DNA from: the human T2T-CHM13v2.0 reference genome, Homo sapiens
Reading direction: 5' to 3' (one strand)
Length of the DNA: 64,000 nucleotides
Assembly: GCF_009914755.1 (NCBI RefSeq)
Contig: NC_060932.1
The translations under genes and the position numbers were made by a program. Numbering within the stretch: the first letter of the stretch is position 1; the number at the start of each line of letters is the position of its first letter. Below are positions 43,436-57,396 of this stretch, one piece after another. The notes under the pieces were generated by a model that did no database searches, had not been told where the DNA came from, and saw only the letters and a program-made list of their open reading frames with translations.

Positions 43436-46165
43436 TTGTCATTCCTCTGAGTAGAAGCTACTGCTTTATCTAAGAAAGACACAGGACAGACCTAGGGGTT
43501 GATTTTTTGAGACACTGGTGCCTCGCTCTAGGTGTTTCTCCCACTACTGGTTCACCTTAGCCACATATGATTGATTTGTAAAGATCTTTTACATTCTGAA
43601 TCAGCATTCATAGGTCTACTAGCCTGCTCTGAAATTGTCTGAAGACAGACTTCCAGCTTCAAATTGTAATGACTAAGTACTGATTTAGATGTCTGAACTC
43701 CAATCCGTATTCATGGACCTCAAGTTTGCTTTGGAGATATCTGGGATTTTTCCAGTGTTTTGTCCTCTAAATGTTGAGAAACTCAAACTTACTCTTTAAA
43801 ATAATAATAATAATAATATAACCAACAGCAAGAATAACAGCAGTAATAATAATGAATAGCAACCAACAGCTATGGACTATTCCTTTTGTGCCAAACACCC
43901 ACCTTGTTGAGTGCTTGCAAGATGTCAGCTTATTTAATTCTCAGAACAATCATGTAAGTTTTGAAGGTTAAGGTAGCATTGCTAAGGTGTGGGAGTGGAG
44001 GACTGGAATCCAAATCCAACTCAGCCTGTACTTATGCCTGTGCTATGCTGCCTCCACATGGGCAGAGGTAGTTCTAGGATCACAGCAGATATTTTGGGCA
44101 GTCATCAAAGTCTCTTAGTCTTTTAACCTACAGATCTCACAGGAATAGCCTGGCTGCTATCTCTGCCTCTGCCAAAAAGGAAATGGCTCCATCATACAGT
44201 GATCCAGATTTTCCTAGTGCTTATATCTCTCTTGGAAGGTCAGATGAAACAACGTAGGAAAGAGCATCCTCCTCAGGTCACTGAACTGCTGCAGATGACA
44301 TTAATCTGAAGCTGCATCACTGATACTCTTGTGACCTGATATGAGCAACATGCTATTGAAAGGATCTAACCTATTTCCAGAGAACGACTTTCCTTCCAGA
44401 GAATCTGTGCCTTGCTCAGTGGTGGCAGGAACAGTGCTCTTCATTCTGGTGCCAGCCTGAGTTTAGGCCTTTTTAAGTGGCATTGAGCATTCACCTCGTT
44501 AGACATTTACTGTATCCAGCAAATTCATGGAAAGCCATTACAGGAAAAAAACTGACCCTGGGCTTCCACTGTGTAATTTTACTTGGTCTTCTATTTCAAG
44601 GTGACTAGCACATCTCAGTTATCATGTTTCAGGGAAGGGGGAACATTAAAACCAATCTAGGGAGATAGCCTTGTGTAGTAGTGACAAGCATAGAAGTATG
44701 ATTTCTGAAATCACTGTAGGCAGGTCCACATGTCAACTTTGGAAGTTAATACCTAAATAACTGGCTACTCAAAACTCTGTGTTCCTCACTGTTGGTTTTG
44801 TTTTGTTTTGTTTTGTTTTGTTTGGGGCATCTAGTATGTAGAATTGTTGAAAGGATCAATGACATTATGGTTGTGAAAAGGATTAACTCATATGCCAAAA
44901 CCCGTTTTTGGGTTGACCCAGTCCCCATCCATGATTCCTTTTCCCTTGTCCACCTCCTAGCTAAGGATGGTCATGTGATATACTTCTGTCCAAAGAAACA
45001 AAAGCAGACTTCTCTTTGGTGAGCTTCTAAAAACTTGTGTATTATCCTGATAAAAAGGACCCTCCCTTAGCCTTTTTAGTCTCTCTCACACACACCTACC
45101 TTTTTTTGTTTACTGGAACATAGACATGAGGTCTGTCTTATTACAGCTATCTTGTAATGAGTAAATGCATTAATTACGTAAAAGTGATTACACAAATTCT
45201 TGGTGCTTGGTTAGCTCTACAAGTGTTAACATTATTAGCATATTATTATTACCATTATTATCATTGTTAACTTTATCATTGTTAGGAGCATGAGAACAAG
45301 GTCTAAATAATAATGACAGCAGAGTAAAACAATTATACATTTCTCTAGTCCATGGTTGCATTGAAGAGCCAATTTACCACCCTGTACTACCTAACTTTGG
45401 ACTTCATGAAATATTCAAGAAATAACCCTCATTTTTCTAAGTTGTATTGTGTTACTTGTAGTAAAGTAAAGTACGGTCCTAAGTATACGACACAGGATTT
45501 GTTCATTTCTATTTATTTTTTATTTTAGTCTAAAAGTGTGACTAATGCTGGAGCTCATGTGAAAACATCTCCACCAAATGGTCATCCAACCTCTGTTTGT
45601 ACACTTCCAGGGACCGGAAACTCACTACATTTCCAGGTCATCTATTCTACTTTGGGGCATATCTGACACCTAAAAAGATATTTCTTATACTGAGGCACAT
45701 CTGTTTTTCTGGACTTTTAAAAATATTTTTTTATCTCTGAGAGCCATATTGAACTTGTTGATTCTCTTGTCTGTAACACACTTCTAAGGGAGTCTATTTA
45801 CTCTTGTGAAACTCATGCAATTGGTTTGAAGGTAAAACTGTGGGATATATTTGTGAGACAAAACTCTGACATTCCTCTTCTCTCTATGCATCTCTCTCAA
45901 CATCTTTCTTCCCCCCACCCTATCATTTCTTTGCGACAGTACAGAGGTGCTTAAGGTCATTTTTTCTAAATTCTACTTCAAATACCAGGATCCTAGTCTT
46001 AAGATATTCTTTGTCCCTCCTCTTAAAAGAGACTTACCCTTGTTTCCATTTTAGCTTATCAAATATGCTTACTTATGTTGAGATATAAATAATCGCTAAT
46101 AGTTTGTTCTTCAGTTAAAATATGGTTTCAAATATAAATTATCTTAACACTGAGGAATAATATTA

Positions 46166-46507
<342 letters not shown>

Positions 46508-47649
46508 GTTTGTATCCTTGTGTCTGACCCAATCCAAGCTGGCTCACCTACATACCACAGAGTCTGACATAATTAAAAGAAACAATGTAAATCTCAAAAG
46601 TGGAATCTATGACTTAATTTTAGGAATTCATCCTTGGACACATACTAGTAATTATATTCATAGTGAACATTGGTCCACTCCTCCACCACAGTATTTAAAT
46701 GCAGAATCATCCCATTTGGCTGACACCCTTCACGGGAAATTGATGCTCATAAATATGTGTTGAGTGAATGAGTTCTTGTGTACATATGATTTTGGTGGCA
46801 CCCAGAAATTGACGGATACCAGGCCATGAAGTGCAAAAGGAGTTAGTGCATCTCCCTGAAGTGTGCTGAGCGGAAGAATGAGAATGGGAAAGTGCTCTGG
46901 AGAAATAGAGACAGTAAAAACCAACGTTACCACATCCACCCAAGCAGATTTGTCTGAACTCCATGAAGTCTACTTCTTTAGGACATGCGTGTTGCTTTTC
47001 GGGGCTGATGGCTTCAATCTCCTTTAAAGCTATTGTTTCTGGGCTTGTATAAAATATCCTCTTTGCCATCAAAATCTTGTCCAGGTGAATGGGGAAGGAG
47101 TGGTCAAATAGGAATAAAATGGGGGAAAACCTTCAACAATTCCTTAAGGAAAAGAGGCTAGGGTTTAAAAGCCTAAAACTCATTGGATCTCTTATGAAAT
47201 ATGATTACCCCATTTGACCCAAACTTCTACCCTCACAAATACCATAAAAGCAACTGGTTTATTCTTTGGGGTGGATGCTCATGAATATGACAGGGTGTGT
47301 TGTTAACTGCCAGAAACTGCTAGGCAAACTATTCATTGGGCCAGCCTTGGTAACATTTTGTTCTTCACAGAATTCATCAGAACTGGAATGGGGAAGCTTC
47401 TCTGCTAAAGTGGAAGCCTGGGAGCTGAGACATCATGCACATAGCTGTCAATAAGAAGATGCTTAAGAGACATCTGTTTCTACTCCCATTCCACCCCATA
47501 CCCAAACATCAAGTCTCACAAAGACAGCATGTTGGTGCTGAAAGGAATCTGCTTCTAGTGCAATATTCCCTTTGTACCAAATCCCAGGGAAGTCACAGAG
47601 TTCATGGGGAAAATAAACACAGTGGGTAAGAGCTGTGGGTTTGTAACAG

Positions 47650-47895
47650 TCAACAAAGTGAGTCAGAGCTTGGGTTCTCAAGGCATTCGCGCTTTCCATT
47701 CCCTTCTCCACTACAAAGTTATCATGTAGCTTCAAGTAAATTCTCTAACACCCTTAACCCAAAGTTTCTCCTCTATTAAATGGAGATAACAATGGCATTT
47801 TCTTTAGAAATTGTTTAAAGAATTAACAATATCTTTAAAGCCCTTAAACAGTGGTGGTCCTATAATATGTGTTCAATAAATGTTAGGTATTGTTA
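47650..47895. mobile_element. MIR fragment
   Basis: agtttctcctctattaaatggagataac..gttcaataaatgttag. Confidence 0.55.
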
Positions 47896-50303
47896 TTTAT
47901 GCACTAAATATTTAACAAGGGGCAGGGAGGCTGTGTCAAGAACCACACTAAGGTCTGGAAACAAAATGTTGAACCGAACATACATTGCTCCTTGAAATCA
48001 TTGAACTTACAGTATATCGAGGAGAAAGTGAGTAAGATAAATAGCAATACAGTGTATGAGTTCTATTAGAGATGACCACAACAGTGCCCTGCAGATCAGA
48101 GGAGTCCTGATGCCATTCAGGGGCTGTGAAGACTTTCTGGATACAGTGATGTGTAGATGGTTGCATGGTGGTGGTAGCTGGGGGCAAGGGCTCAGTGGAA
48201 GGTGAGTATTCTAGGCAGAGGGAATGAGACTCTCCAGGTAATGAGAGCAGCTTAGACTAAGATACACGAGAGCTATTGTAAGGAACAGAATAAAATTCAA
48301 TAGTGGAGGCAGTGGTGTATATCATGCGGGGAAAAGGCAGAAGCCTGGAGGAATCAGGACAATGTATGTGCATTTGGGAGCACTGTGGGAGGTTGTTAAG
48401 GGGAGTTTGCTGACCAGGTTTCCAGCTTATAATGGAAGGTGAGAGGTCGGGGAAAACAAATGAAGAGACACTTTCCTCTCATTGATTCTCTGTTTCGATG
48501 TTCTCTAATCCTTTGGAAACATCTTTTCCTCTGTCATCTCTGGAGGACCCAGACTCTATGCTCTAAAGAGATAAAGATAACCAAAGAAGTCAGGAAAGGG
48601 AGGCCGGGGTGGGATTGTGTTTCTTTCCATCCTCAATACAGCAGTGTCAGGTGTTAGAGGACCATCTCTCAGCAGTTCTTTCCTGCATCAGTTGCCTGAG
48701 TCTTTCTTTCCTGGTTCCTCCCAAGGCAGTGGCTGAGTTTGCCAGAGCCAGCCCTCCCAAAGGATAGGAAGGCATCCTCACTCTCATGCTGTCCTGGCTT
48801 GTAGCAAATTCAGCTTTCACCTGCAAAGTGCTTCAGAGTTCAGATTTTCAAGCTTTTTGTGGTTGTGACATTATTAAATATATTCTTCCAATAATAGAGT
48901 ATACATTAAATAAATATTTGTTGAAGCTGTTTCACCTAAAGAGAAAAGCAAAAGAAGTGAACTTGGGTTCAGAACACCAAAGTGCTCGTCCTGCTTCTGT
49001 CACTAACTAGTTATCTGACTTTATATAGATACCTTCACATACCTCTGCTTTTTAGGGTTTGGGAACTACATGATTTTTTTTCCAACCCTTTTCCATTTTA
49101 CGTTCTCTGATTCCATCTTCCAATTCTAGAGATGAAGAAACTGAGGTCTAGAGATGGTTTTCACACCATCTCCCAGTTAATTAATTAATTACCCAGGCAC
49201 ATCCAGGAGGATCTCTGTTCTTATACATGTTGGCAAAATGACTCCACAGTAGCCGTCACAAGGTGTTTTACCCAGAATGTGAAGGATGAAATCATAGCAT
49301 GAGCTGGCTTCATGGGCCCAGTTGGATTTAAAGTAAAGATCTCAATTCTTTTCCCAATCTTCTCTCTCCCTTCCCTGTTCGAGTCAATCAAGGGGATAAA
49401 AGAGCTTGCTCTAAAATTAGTTGGTGGAGTCCTTTCATCTTAGATTCTTTTGAAATGAGAATTTAAACCCAAGCCTCAAGGAACTGAAAATCTAGTTTTT
49501 CTTCCACAAACTTCTGGAATGTCTGGACTTTTGCCCTCACCAGACCAACACAAGGGTTTCTCAAGTGGGATACCATTTTTATCTCAAACCACCTCTTTGG
49601 AGGGAAGTTACTGAAAATGCCTTGGCCAAGATTCTGTACTTCAAACCATGTCACGTTTCTCTCTGGGGTTTTATGTATCGGCTCCTCCTACCCAGGACAT
49701 CCAGGAAGCCCCATGCTGCCCTCATTGTGGGCTTGCACTGGAGGAACATGAAGTACAAAACTGACAGAGCTGTGTGTTCCTCGGCCAGGACGTGTGGGAC
49801 TCTAATGTGCACCTTCACATCTAAATGCTGAGGCAGTCGGTTCTTTGGTCACCACAGAAGAGCTAACAATCAGGACAGTGAAAGGGAAGCCAGCTCATGG
49901 GATCAGCCACACATCCACCCAAGGGCTGTGGTTACTGCACATGGTGGAGCAAGCACAGTCATGACGTGTAGCTGTGGGCTAGAGTGTTTGAGGGACCCAC
50001 TGGTCCAGTTCAGAGTGAACTACTTTGGAATCATCGGGCAAGTGTAAAATTGTCCTCTGGAAAGGCTTTCCCTATTTAGCTACCTTGTCATAAATCCTGT
50101 AGCCCTGGCTGCCAGGCTGCTGACCATGGAAGAGCCAACTGTCCAAGTCACCAAGTCACAGGGAACACTGGGAACCTCAACACCTATGAGTGAGCATTTG
50201 CAAGGCCTTTAATATCTCGTCACAGGAGTCAGAAAGATCTGGGTTCAAATATCAAATATCAATGAATGACCTTGGGGAAATTACCAATGCTTTCAGAAAA
50301 ATC

Positions 50304-50313
50304 TGTGCACATG

Positions 50314-50345
<32 letters not shown>
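50304..50345. repeat. Alternating purine-pyrimidine tract, (GC)n followed by (AC)n
   Basis: tgtgcacatgcgcgcgcacacac..., inside a MIR-like fragment; potential Z-DNA. Confidence 0.85.
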
Positions 50346-52364
50346 GTGTTAAGCACAGTGTCTGGCACATAGCAAGTACTCACTAATTACAAACATTAAA
50401 GACAATTATAGTAATAAAAATATTTTATTAAGAAGGTTCTTCTATCTATGAAAATCGTGAGCTTTCAGGTTAGATAGATAAGGGGTTGAAAGTTGTGTTC
50501 TGCTATTTACTCTCCTTGTCCCTTCAAAGCTTATGTTTTGTTTGTCTTTCTGCTGTACAGTGGGGTTATAATATCTACTTGGGTGGAGGATTGCTTTGAG
50601 GATTTGAAATAGTTTATGAAAAGCACAAAGCACATTGCCTGGCACAGAGTAAACACTTTATATGTAAGATCACTGTTATGATATCTCAGTTTGTCCTTTG
50701 GTTACACAAAAGGACATTAACCCAGATTACCTCTGAGCTCTTTCATGGTTCTGTGACCCTAGAGTCCATAATCCCAGAAAGCTCAGAAAAACACTTCAAA
50801 TTCAAAAGATGCTTTCTACTAGGCAATATTGCAAGGGGCCAAAGTCCACAGGACAGCTGTCCTACTTGGCCTAAACATGTTCCTTTCTTTGTCCCCCTCC
50901 CTAGATACCTAGAAAGGATACCTTGGCAGACTCACTTGACCTCCATGGGATGATATTCACTGACTTTTACACACATGCACTGAGGCAACCCTTGAAGAAC
51001 TGACAAGAACAGAACTACTCTGACTCTGAGGGCTGAGTTCATCTGTGTCACTGTCAACATGTTTAGCTCCACAGTTCCCAGGGCAGTTGGGTCGGCCTCC
51101 CCAGCACAAGAAGTCTGGATTACAAGGACCAGAGTATATTATGGAGTTTTGTCAGCCATAGGGAAAATAATGGAATTGATTCTAATTATGTTGAGATGCT
51201 GGATGTATAGTGCAGGATTCAGTCATTAATATTCACACCCCGCCCAAACTTGGCATTCTGTGGGATGTTTTAAATTATGAAGAAGAGGATAAAACTAAAC
51301 ACATTTATGTTATGTAACTTTTTTTCCAAAAGGATTAGCTGTACTGGGGACACACAGCTGTTCTTTCCACAAGTCTCTTCAGAGCAAGTTGCAGACAATG
51401 GTAAGAACAGAAAGCTTAAGACCAAATTCCTCTTTTCTCTCTTCCTAGCTGAAAATCGCTCTGCAAATTCTTGCATTGAGCAGGAAGTGTGTTCAGCTGA
51501 AGAGAGGGTAGCTTAGTCAGGTCTAAATGATGGTTATCCTTCTCCATGTCTCTAATTAAGCCCTCCTCACCTGTACTCCACTGGGCTAGTCCATATATTC
51601 TTTTCCTTCTCAGTCCCTTTGAAGGGACATCTGTTTCTTCTTTTTCCCTTTCCAGAGACAGACGTACCATGACACTATAGAGTTAAATTTCCAGAGCCTG
51701 TTACACATGCAAGCCATTTCCTCTGCCCTATAATCAATATCATATTTGTAGTTTTATATTCATTTTCTTAATGATGCTCTCCCTAAATTGTTTAAGTTTT
51801 ATATCTCACAGATTCAAGATCTCCTCACGGTAGCTACACCTCAATTTTCTCTTGGGGAGATACAGCACCCCATTCTTATTCCATGTAGCTTGGGGATTGA
51901 CCAATCCCAATTCCAGTGGTAGAAACACAATCTGGCCTAGCCAACCAGTTTATTCCATCTTTCTCATCACGAGGATTACTTGTGATGAGAAATTAGGCAA
52001 ATGACACAACTCAATCCATTGATACTCCAATGTGAGACTTTAGTTGGAATAAATAAGTAGGAATAAATAAATGGGAAAAAATACTCCCTTTTCACTAAAG
52101 TTCCTGAAAAGGATGCCTATAAATCTGCAGCTACTGGGGACTTACTTATCATGGAGACAGAAAAGATCACCATTCTGTGAATGAAGATAAACAGCCAATA
52201 ACTAAAGAAAGATAAATTTTTAAATGCAGTATTCATTTACCAAGCAATGGCTCAGTGCTAATAATTTCCAAATACTATCGCCTGCAAGTGAGCTTCAACA
52301 GTCAACAACCTAGATAACATCTTCATCCTCATATCCTCATAAGCTGGTATCTCAGTGATATGAG

Positions 52365-52398
<34 letters not shown>

Positions 52399-52401
<3 letters not shown>

Positions 52402-52626
52402 GCTGAATATCCCTAATTTAAACATCTAAAATCCAAAATGTTCTGAAATCTGAAACTTTTTGAATGGCAACATGATGCTCAAAGGAAATGCTCACTGGAG
52501 CATTTTGAATTTTGGATTTTCAGATTAGAGATGAAAATTAATGCAAATATTTCAAAATTTGAAAAATGTGAAATCCAAAACATTTCTGGTTCCAATCATT
52601 TGGAATGAATAAGAGATATTCAACGT
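52399..52626. mobile_element. Tigger4a-like TcMar MITE
   Basis: TIRs caagctgaatatccct / agagatattcaacgtg; internal aaatccaaaa repeats and catgatgctcaaaggaaatgctcactggagcatttt. Confidence 0.8.
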
Positions 52627-52669
52627 GTGTGTGTGTGTGTGTCTGTGTGTGTGTGTGTGTGTGTAAAAT

Positions 52670-53395
52670 TAATGCTATGGAGAAAAATAAAGCCAAATAA
52701 AGGGATAGAGAATGATTTGAAGAAGACTCTGTCTTTTTTCTTTGAGTGATTAGAGATCTCTGTAATGAACTTGACGAATGAATAAGAAATAAAGTATAAG
52801 AGTGAACCATTCTGACACGTGGGAGAAGTGCAATTTAGCATAGGAAAATGCAAACTGGAAGCTTCTGATGCAGGAAAGTGAGTGAAGTGTTCAAGAAAAG
52901 CAGCCACTGTGGGTGCAGTAGAGGGAAGCTGTAGTCGAGCAACAGAAAAGAGGTTGGAGGGACCACCAGGGCCTCAATAAATTATAAAGCCTTGTCAGCC
53001 ATAGGAAAAATAGTAGAATTAATTCTAATTATGTTGGAAAACTATTGGGGCTTCTAGAAAAGATGCAATATATTAAAATTTACATTTTCAAGGATTGCTG
53101 TGGCTGCAGTATAAAGACCAGGCTGTAGCAACGTCAGAATGAAACCCTGATGACCAACTGGGAGATGGCTTCTATGGTCTAAGTGGGAGATGATGGGGTC
53201 CGGACAGCATTATGGCAGTGAGGGTGGTGAGAGGGGATTGGATTATGGGTAGATATTGAAGTTAGAGGAAACAAGATTTTCTAATTGATTGCATGGCAGA
53301 AGTAAGTGAAATAGAGGAATTAAGGATGACTTTCCAGTATGGGCCATGAGCTCAGAGTTAAGTGGTGTTTCTATTTACTCAGATGGTATATGCCA
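52670..53395. mobile_element. L2 fragment
   Basis: Purine-rich L2-like motifs (gtgggagatgatgg..ggcagtgagggtggtgag..agatattgaag..aagattttctaattgatt; taaggatgactttccag); continues briefly after the MST LTR. Confidence 0.6.
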
Positions 53396-53396
53396 C

Positions 53397-53800
53397 TGGT
53401 ATCGTTTGGATTTGTGTTCCTGCCCAAATCTCATGTTGAATTGTAATTCCCAATGTTGGAGATGGGGCTTGGTGGGAGGTGAATAGATCATGGGGGTGGT
53501 TTGTCATGATTTAACACCATCTCCCTTGGTGTTGTGGCAATAGGGAGTGAGTGAGTTACCATGACATCTAGTTGTTTAAATGTGTGTGGCACCTCACCCT
53601 TCTCTCTCTTGCTCCACTCCAGCCATGTGATGTGTGTGCTTCCCGTTCCCCTTCCGCCATGATCGTAAGTTTCCTGAGGCATCCCCAGGAGCCAAGCAGA
53701 TGCCATATAGCTTGAAAAACCATGAGCCAATTAAACCCTTTTCTTTAGAAATTACCATCTCAGGTATTTCTTTATAGCAGTGCAAGAATGGACAAATACA
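53397..53800 (+). mobile_element. MSTA-like MaLR solo LTR
   Basis: tggtatcgtttggatttgtgt..ctttatagcagtgcaagaatggacaaataca; TSD gccac/accac. Confidence 0.87.
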
Positions 53801-53849
53801 ACCACAGAAGGAGCAGGTTTGGGTTAGGGTTTATCAACTATAACTTCTT

Positions 53850-54600
53850 TTTCTATTTCAGTTGAAATCTCTTCAACATTTGAAACTGATGGCCATTTCC
53901 TTCTTAAATTGTCTCTTTTGTTGTCTATGTCTATCATACTGCACTGTTTTTCTTATTTAATCTATCACTTATCCAGCTCCTTCTGCTAAATCTGCCTCCA
54001 TGAATCTTCTTCCTGTCTTTACCAGTTAGAAGTGTTCTGACTTATATTTTCCTAGTAGCTAAGTGGTCCTGAGGCCTCATCCATATATAATGTTTCACTA
54101 TCATGATTTTCCTGAAAACTATATATTTCTATCTCCAACCCATTGTACCTTGGACACCTATTCCCAGAAGTCCCACAGACACCTCAAACAAGATGTTTTC
54201 CTAACCAAACTCACCATGTAAATAGCTTCTCTTATTTTGTCTCTCTTCACAAAAGACATGGTTGCCCTTCATGTTGCCTCACTAAAAGCCTGAAACCATC
54301 CTACATTCCCCCTTCTCAATTACTTTGCCCCCACATTCAAATAGTTAGAAATCCTACAGATTCCACTTTCTTGATACATGTAAAATCTGTCTTTTGTTTT
54401 CTTTCTGCTATTTCTGCCTTGCTAGACTTCTCAATAATCTTGTCTACAGTATTGCCTACTTCCATATCTCCACACTGTTGTCAGAATGACACTTTAAAGA
54501 CACAGATCTGAGCATGACATTTTTTTTACCCAAAACTGTTGATTGATTCTTGCACAGCTTTTGAAACCAAGTTCAAACTCAAGGCTCTTCATGATGTGTT
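53850..54600. mobile_element. L2 fragment, opposite polarity to 52670-53395
   Basis: Pyrimidine-rich L2-like motifs (cccacagacacctcaaac, ccccacattcaaatag, cagatctgagcatgaca). Confidence 0.6.
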
Positions 54601-56364
54601 ATTTCTGAGCACAAGCATCTCAACTCAACTCTTACCTGGCGTTAAAGGGATTAATATCTGGCCTTTGTATTTCAACTCTTTCTTCCCCCTATAGAATTTT
54701 TCTTTTTGTGAGTTTGCTGAAAACTAAATGATGGTTTCCTACCTCTAACTTGAATATAAAGGATTTATATTTTTAATTTAATTAACATAATGTCACAACA
54801 CAAATGCTACAGGCAGCACCTGAAGATGAAGTCTAGGCTCTCTTGCCTATCACAGTGGCCCTGAGCAGTGTCTCTCCTTTGCCCTTGATGGTGCTACCTC
54901 TAAAATGGAGCTAAGAAAGGGATAGCAAATTCTGGTGCTCTTGTAAACAAGGTGAAATGTGACTCTCTAACCCCTGATCTAAATAATTCCTATTAATTTT
55001 TAGATTAATATTAATTCTATTAATTCTTCGGCCAGTTTCATATCATTTGTAGAACTAGGAGACTACCATTCAATAAAGCCATTAGTCAATCTACACTTAA
55101 GGTATAATTCCAACCATTGCTATCAAGAAAGAGATGGTGAAGTTAGCTACTGGCAGCAGAGAAAGTTCAATATTGGCTTACACCATTTAAAACATAGATC
55201 ACTGTTATAGTCAAGTGTGAAAAATAATAGTAAATTAAAATTATCGTTATTAACTAAATATCCTGTAATGTTGGAGAACATACAATAAAACATCTTTCTT
55301 CTATCCAGTGGTGAGACTTTCCCTCCAATATTTTGAATGTTAAATTTCCCTTTTTATAAGAGTGACTGATTAAGCCAAAGTTTCATCCTTGCCTTCAAAG
55401 GACGAAGACCAAGATTTTGTGTCTAGTAATATCTGTGGACTAAAGATGTAGAAAAGTCTTACAGATAACCATGTGCACACACACATGAGGTAATTGGGAG
55501 TGGCACTTTAAGCATTGTTTATAAGGGCTAAAATTGGGTGAACTTTAACTTTCCTTTTGCTCCTGATAATTTATTTCTCATGAACCTAAATTTCATTTTA
55601 TCTCCCAACTCAGTAATAAATGCCTAGAGGCAAACCTATCCAACTGAATACTGTTTTTTTCCATGGGCAGAGGGTCAGAATATGGCACTATTTTTAACGG
55701 ATATTGAAAGGATGAATGGCAATGCCTGTGACAGAGGGAATTACCATGGCCTTTTGCAGATGCCAAATGTCACTGTGTCCTTTAGGCTCTCTCTAACATC
55801 TGTGGGAGAAAGTGAGCATGTCATTTGAGGGAGCAGAGCCAGATCGAGGCTCCTGCTCTGTCAAATGGCACGCCCAGTGGACCGCCTTGTCTCATCGTCT
55901 CAGGAGGCAATACAGGAGCTTCCAAGTATTATCTGACCTTCATGTACAGTGGAAAATAGATAACAATGATGGGAACAATAAACTATTCAGAGTTAAGAAA
56001 CTACTCAAAGAGGCAATGAAGTAGTTAAGAGAGCATGGACTCTGTAGTCAAATAGGCCACGGGTTCATGCCAGCCTTTCTATTCATTATCTGTGTGTCCT
56101 TCAACAAGCTACTCTCTCTCAATTAGAGTCTACATTTATAAAAGAAGGTGTTCATTTGTTCAACAATATTTACCAAGTATCTACTGTTTGTCAGAAATGA
56201 TACTAGGTTCTGAACATTCAATGATGAATAAAACAGAGATCAGAGGCATAATCTATATCCCCATAACATAGATATCATACATATCACAGTCCTGGAGAGC
56301 ACCGACTGCCTATTGTGTACAGAATGGTTTTACATACAACATAAAATTCCTCTAATGCAGGAAT

Positions 56365-56593
56365 GTTTTTGTTTGTTTTGTTTTGTTTTGTTTTGTTTTG
56401 TTTTGAGATGGAGTCTCACTCTGTCACCCAGGCTGTAGTGCAGTGGTGTGATCTTGGCTCACTGGAACCTCCGCCTCCTGGGTTCAAGCGATTTTCAGCT
56501 AATTTTTGTATATTTAGTAGAGACATAGTTTCACCATATTGGCCAGGCTGGTCTTCAACTCCTGACCTCAAGTGATCCACCTGCCTCGGCCTC
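56365..56593 (-). mobile_element. AluS, internally deleted and 5'-truncated, with (GTTTT)n tail
   Basis: Right arm jumps from caagcgattt to cagctaattttt; left arm stops at cctcggcctc. Confidence 0.88.
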
Positions 56594-56779
56594 TGAATAT
56601 AGTGTTTCTCATCTTGACACTCTCAGCTCTTTGCCTGGAACTTGTTTGTTGATTTCTGTGCCTTTCTGGCATTGTTGTGCTCCACTCACCCGCCAGATTT
56701 CTACTATGTTCATGATAAGTTACTCACTTCTCCTCTGATTATATCCTGTTCCTCCCTTCTGGGAATTTTGCTTACATAA

Positions 56780-57396
56780 TGGTGTGGATTGAATTACGTT
56801 CCCCTCAAAATATGTTCAAATCCTAACTCCCAGTACCTGTGAATGTGACCTTACATAGGAATAGAGTCTTCGTAGATATAATCAAATTACAATGAGGTCA
56901 GGCTGGAATAGGGTGGGCCCCAATCCAGTGACTGATGTTTTTATAAGATGAGTGAAATTTGGACTCAGACACACAGGGGAATGCCATGTGACAGCAGAGG
57001 AAAAGATGAGGGTGATGCATCTGTAACTCAAGGATCACCCAGGATTGCCAGAAACCACCAGAAGCTAGGATATGTCTGCCTTAGATCCAGAGTGCACGGT
57101 TCTGCCAGTCCCTTGGTTTTAGATATCTAGCCTCCTCACTGTGAAAGAATAAGTTACTATTGTTTAAGCAACAGACCTATATTTTCCTAGTTGCTAAGTG
57201 GTCCTGAGACCTCATCCATATATAATGTTTCACTATCATGATTTTTCTGGAAACTATATATCTCCAACCTATTGTACCTTGGACACCTATTCCCAGAATT
57301 CCCACAGACACCTCAAACGAAATGCTTTCCTAAGCAAACTCACCATGTAAATAGTTTGAGGTACATCTCTTACACCAGCCTTAGGAAACTAAAGCA
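56780..57396 (+). mobile_element. MLT1B/C-like solo LTR interrupted by a 181-bp foreign insert
   Basis: cccagtacctgtgaatgtgacctta..tgtgaaagaataag..tgtttaagcaac [insert] tagtttgaggtac..cagccttaggaaactaaagca. Confidence 0.8.
57174..57354 (+). repeat. Dispersed direct copy of 54039-54225
   Basis: About 11 substitutions and one 6-bp indel by manual alignment. Confidence 0.93.
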
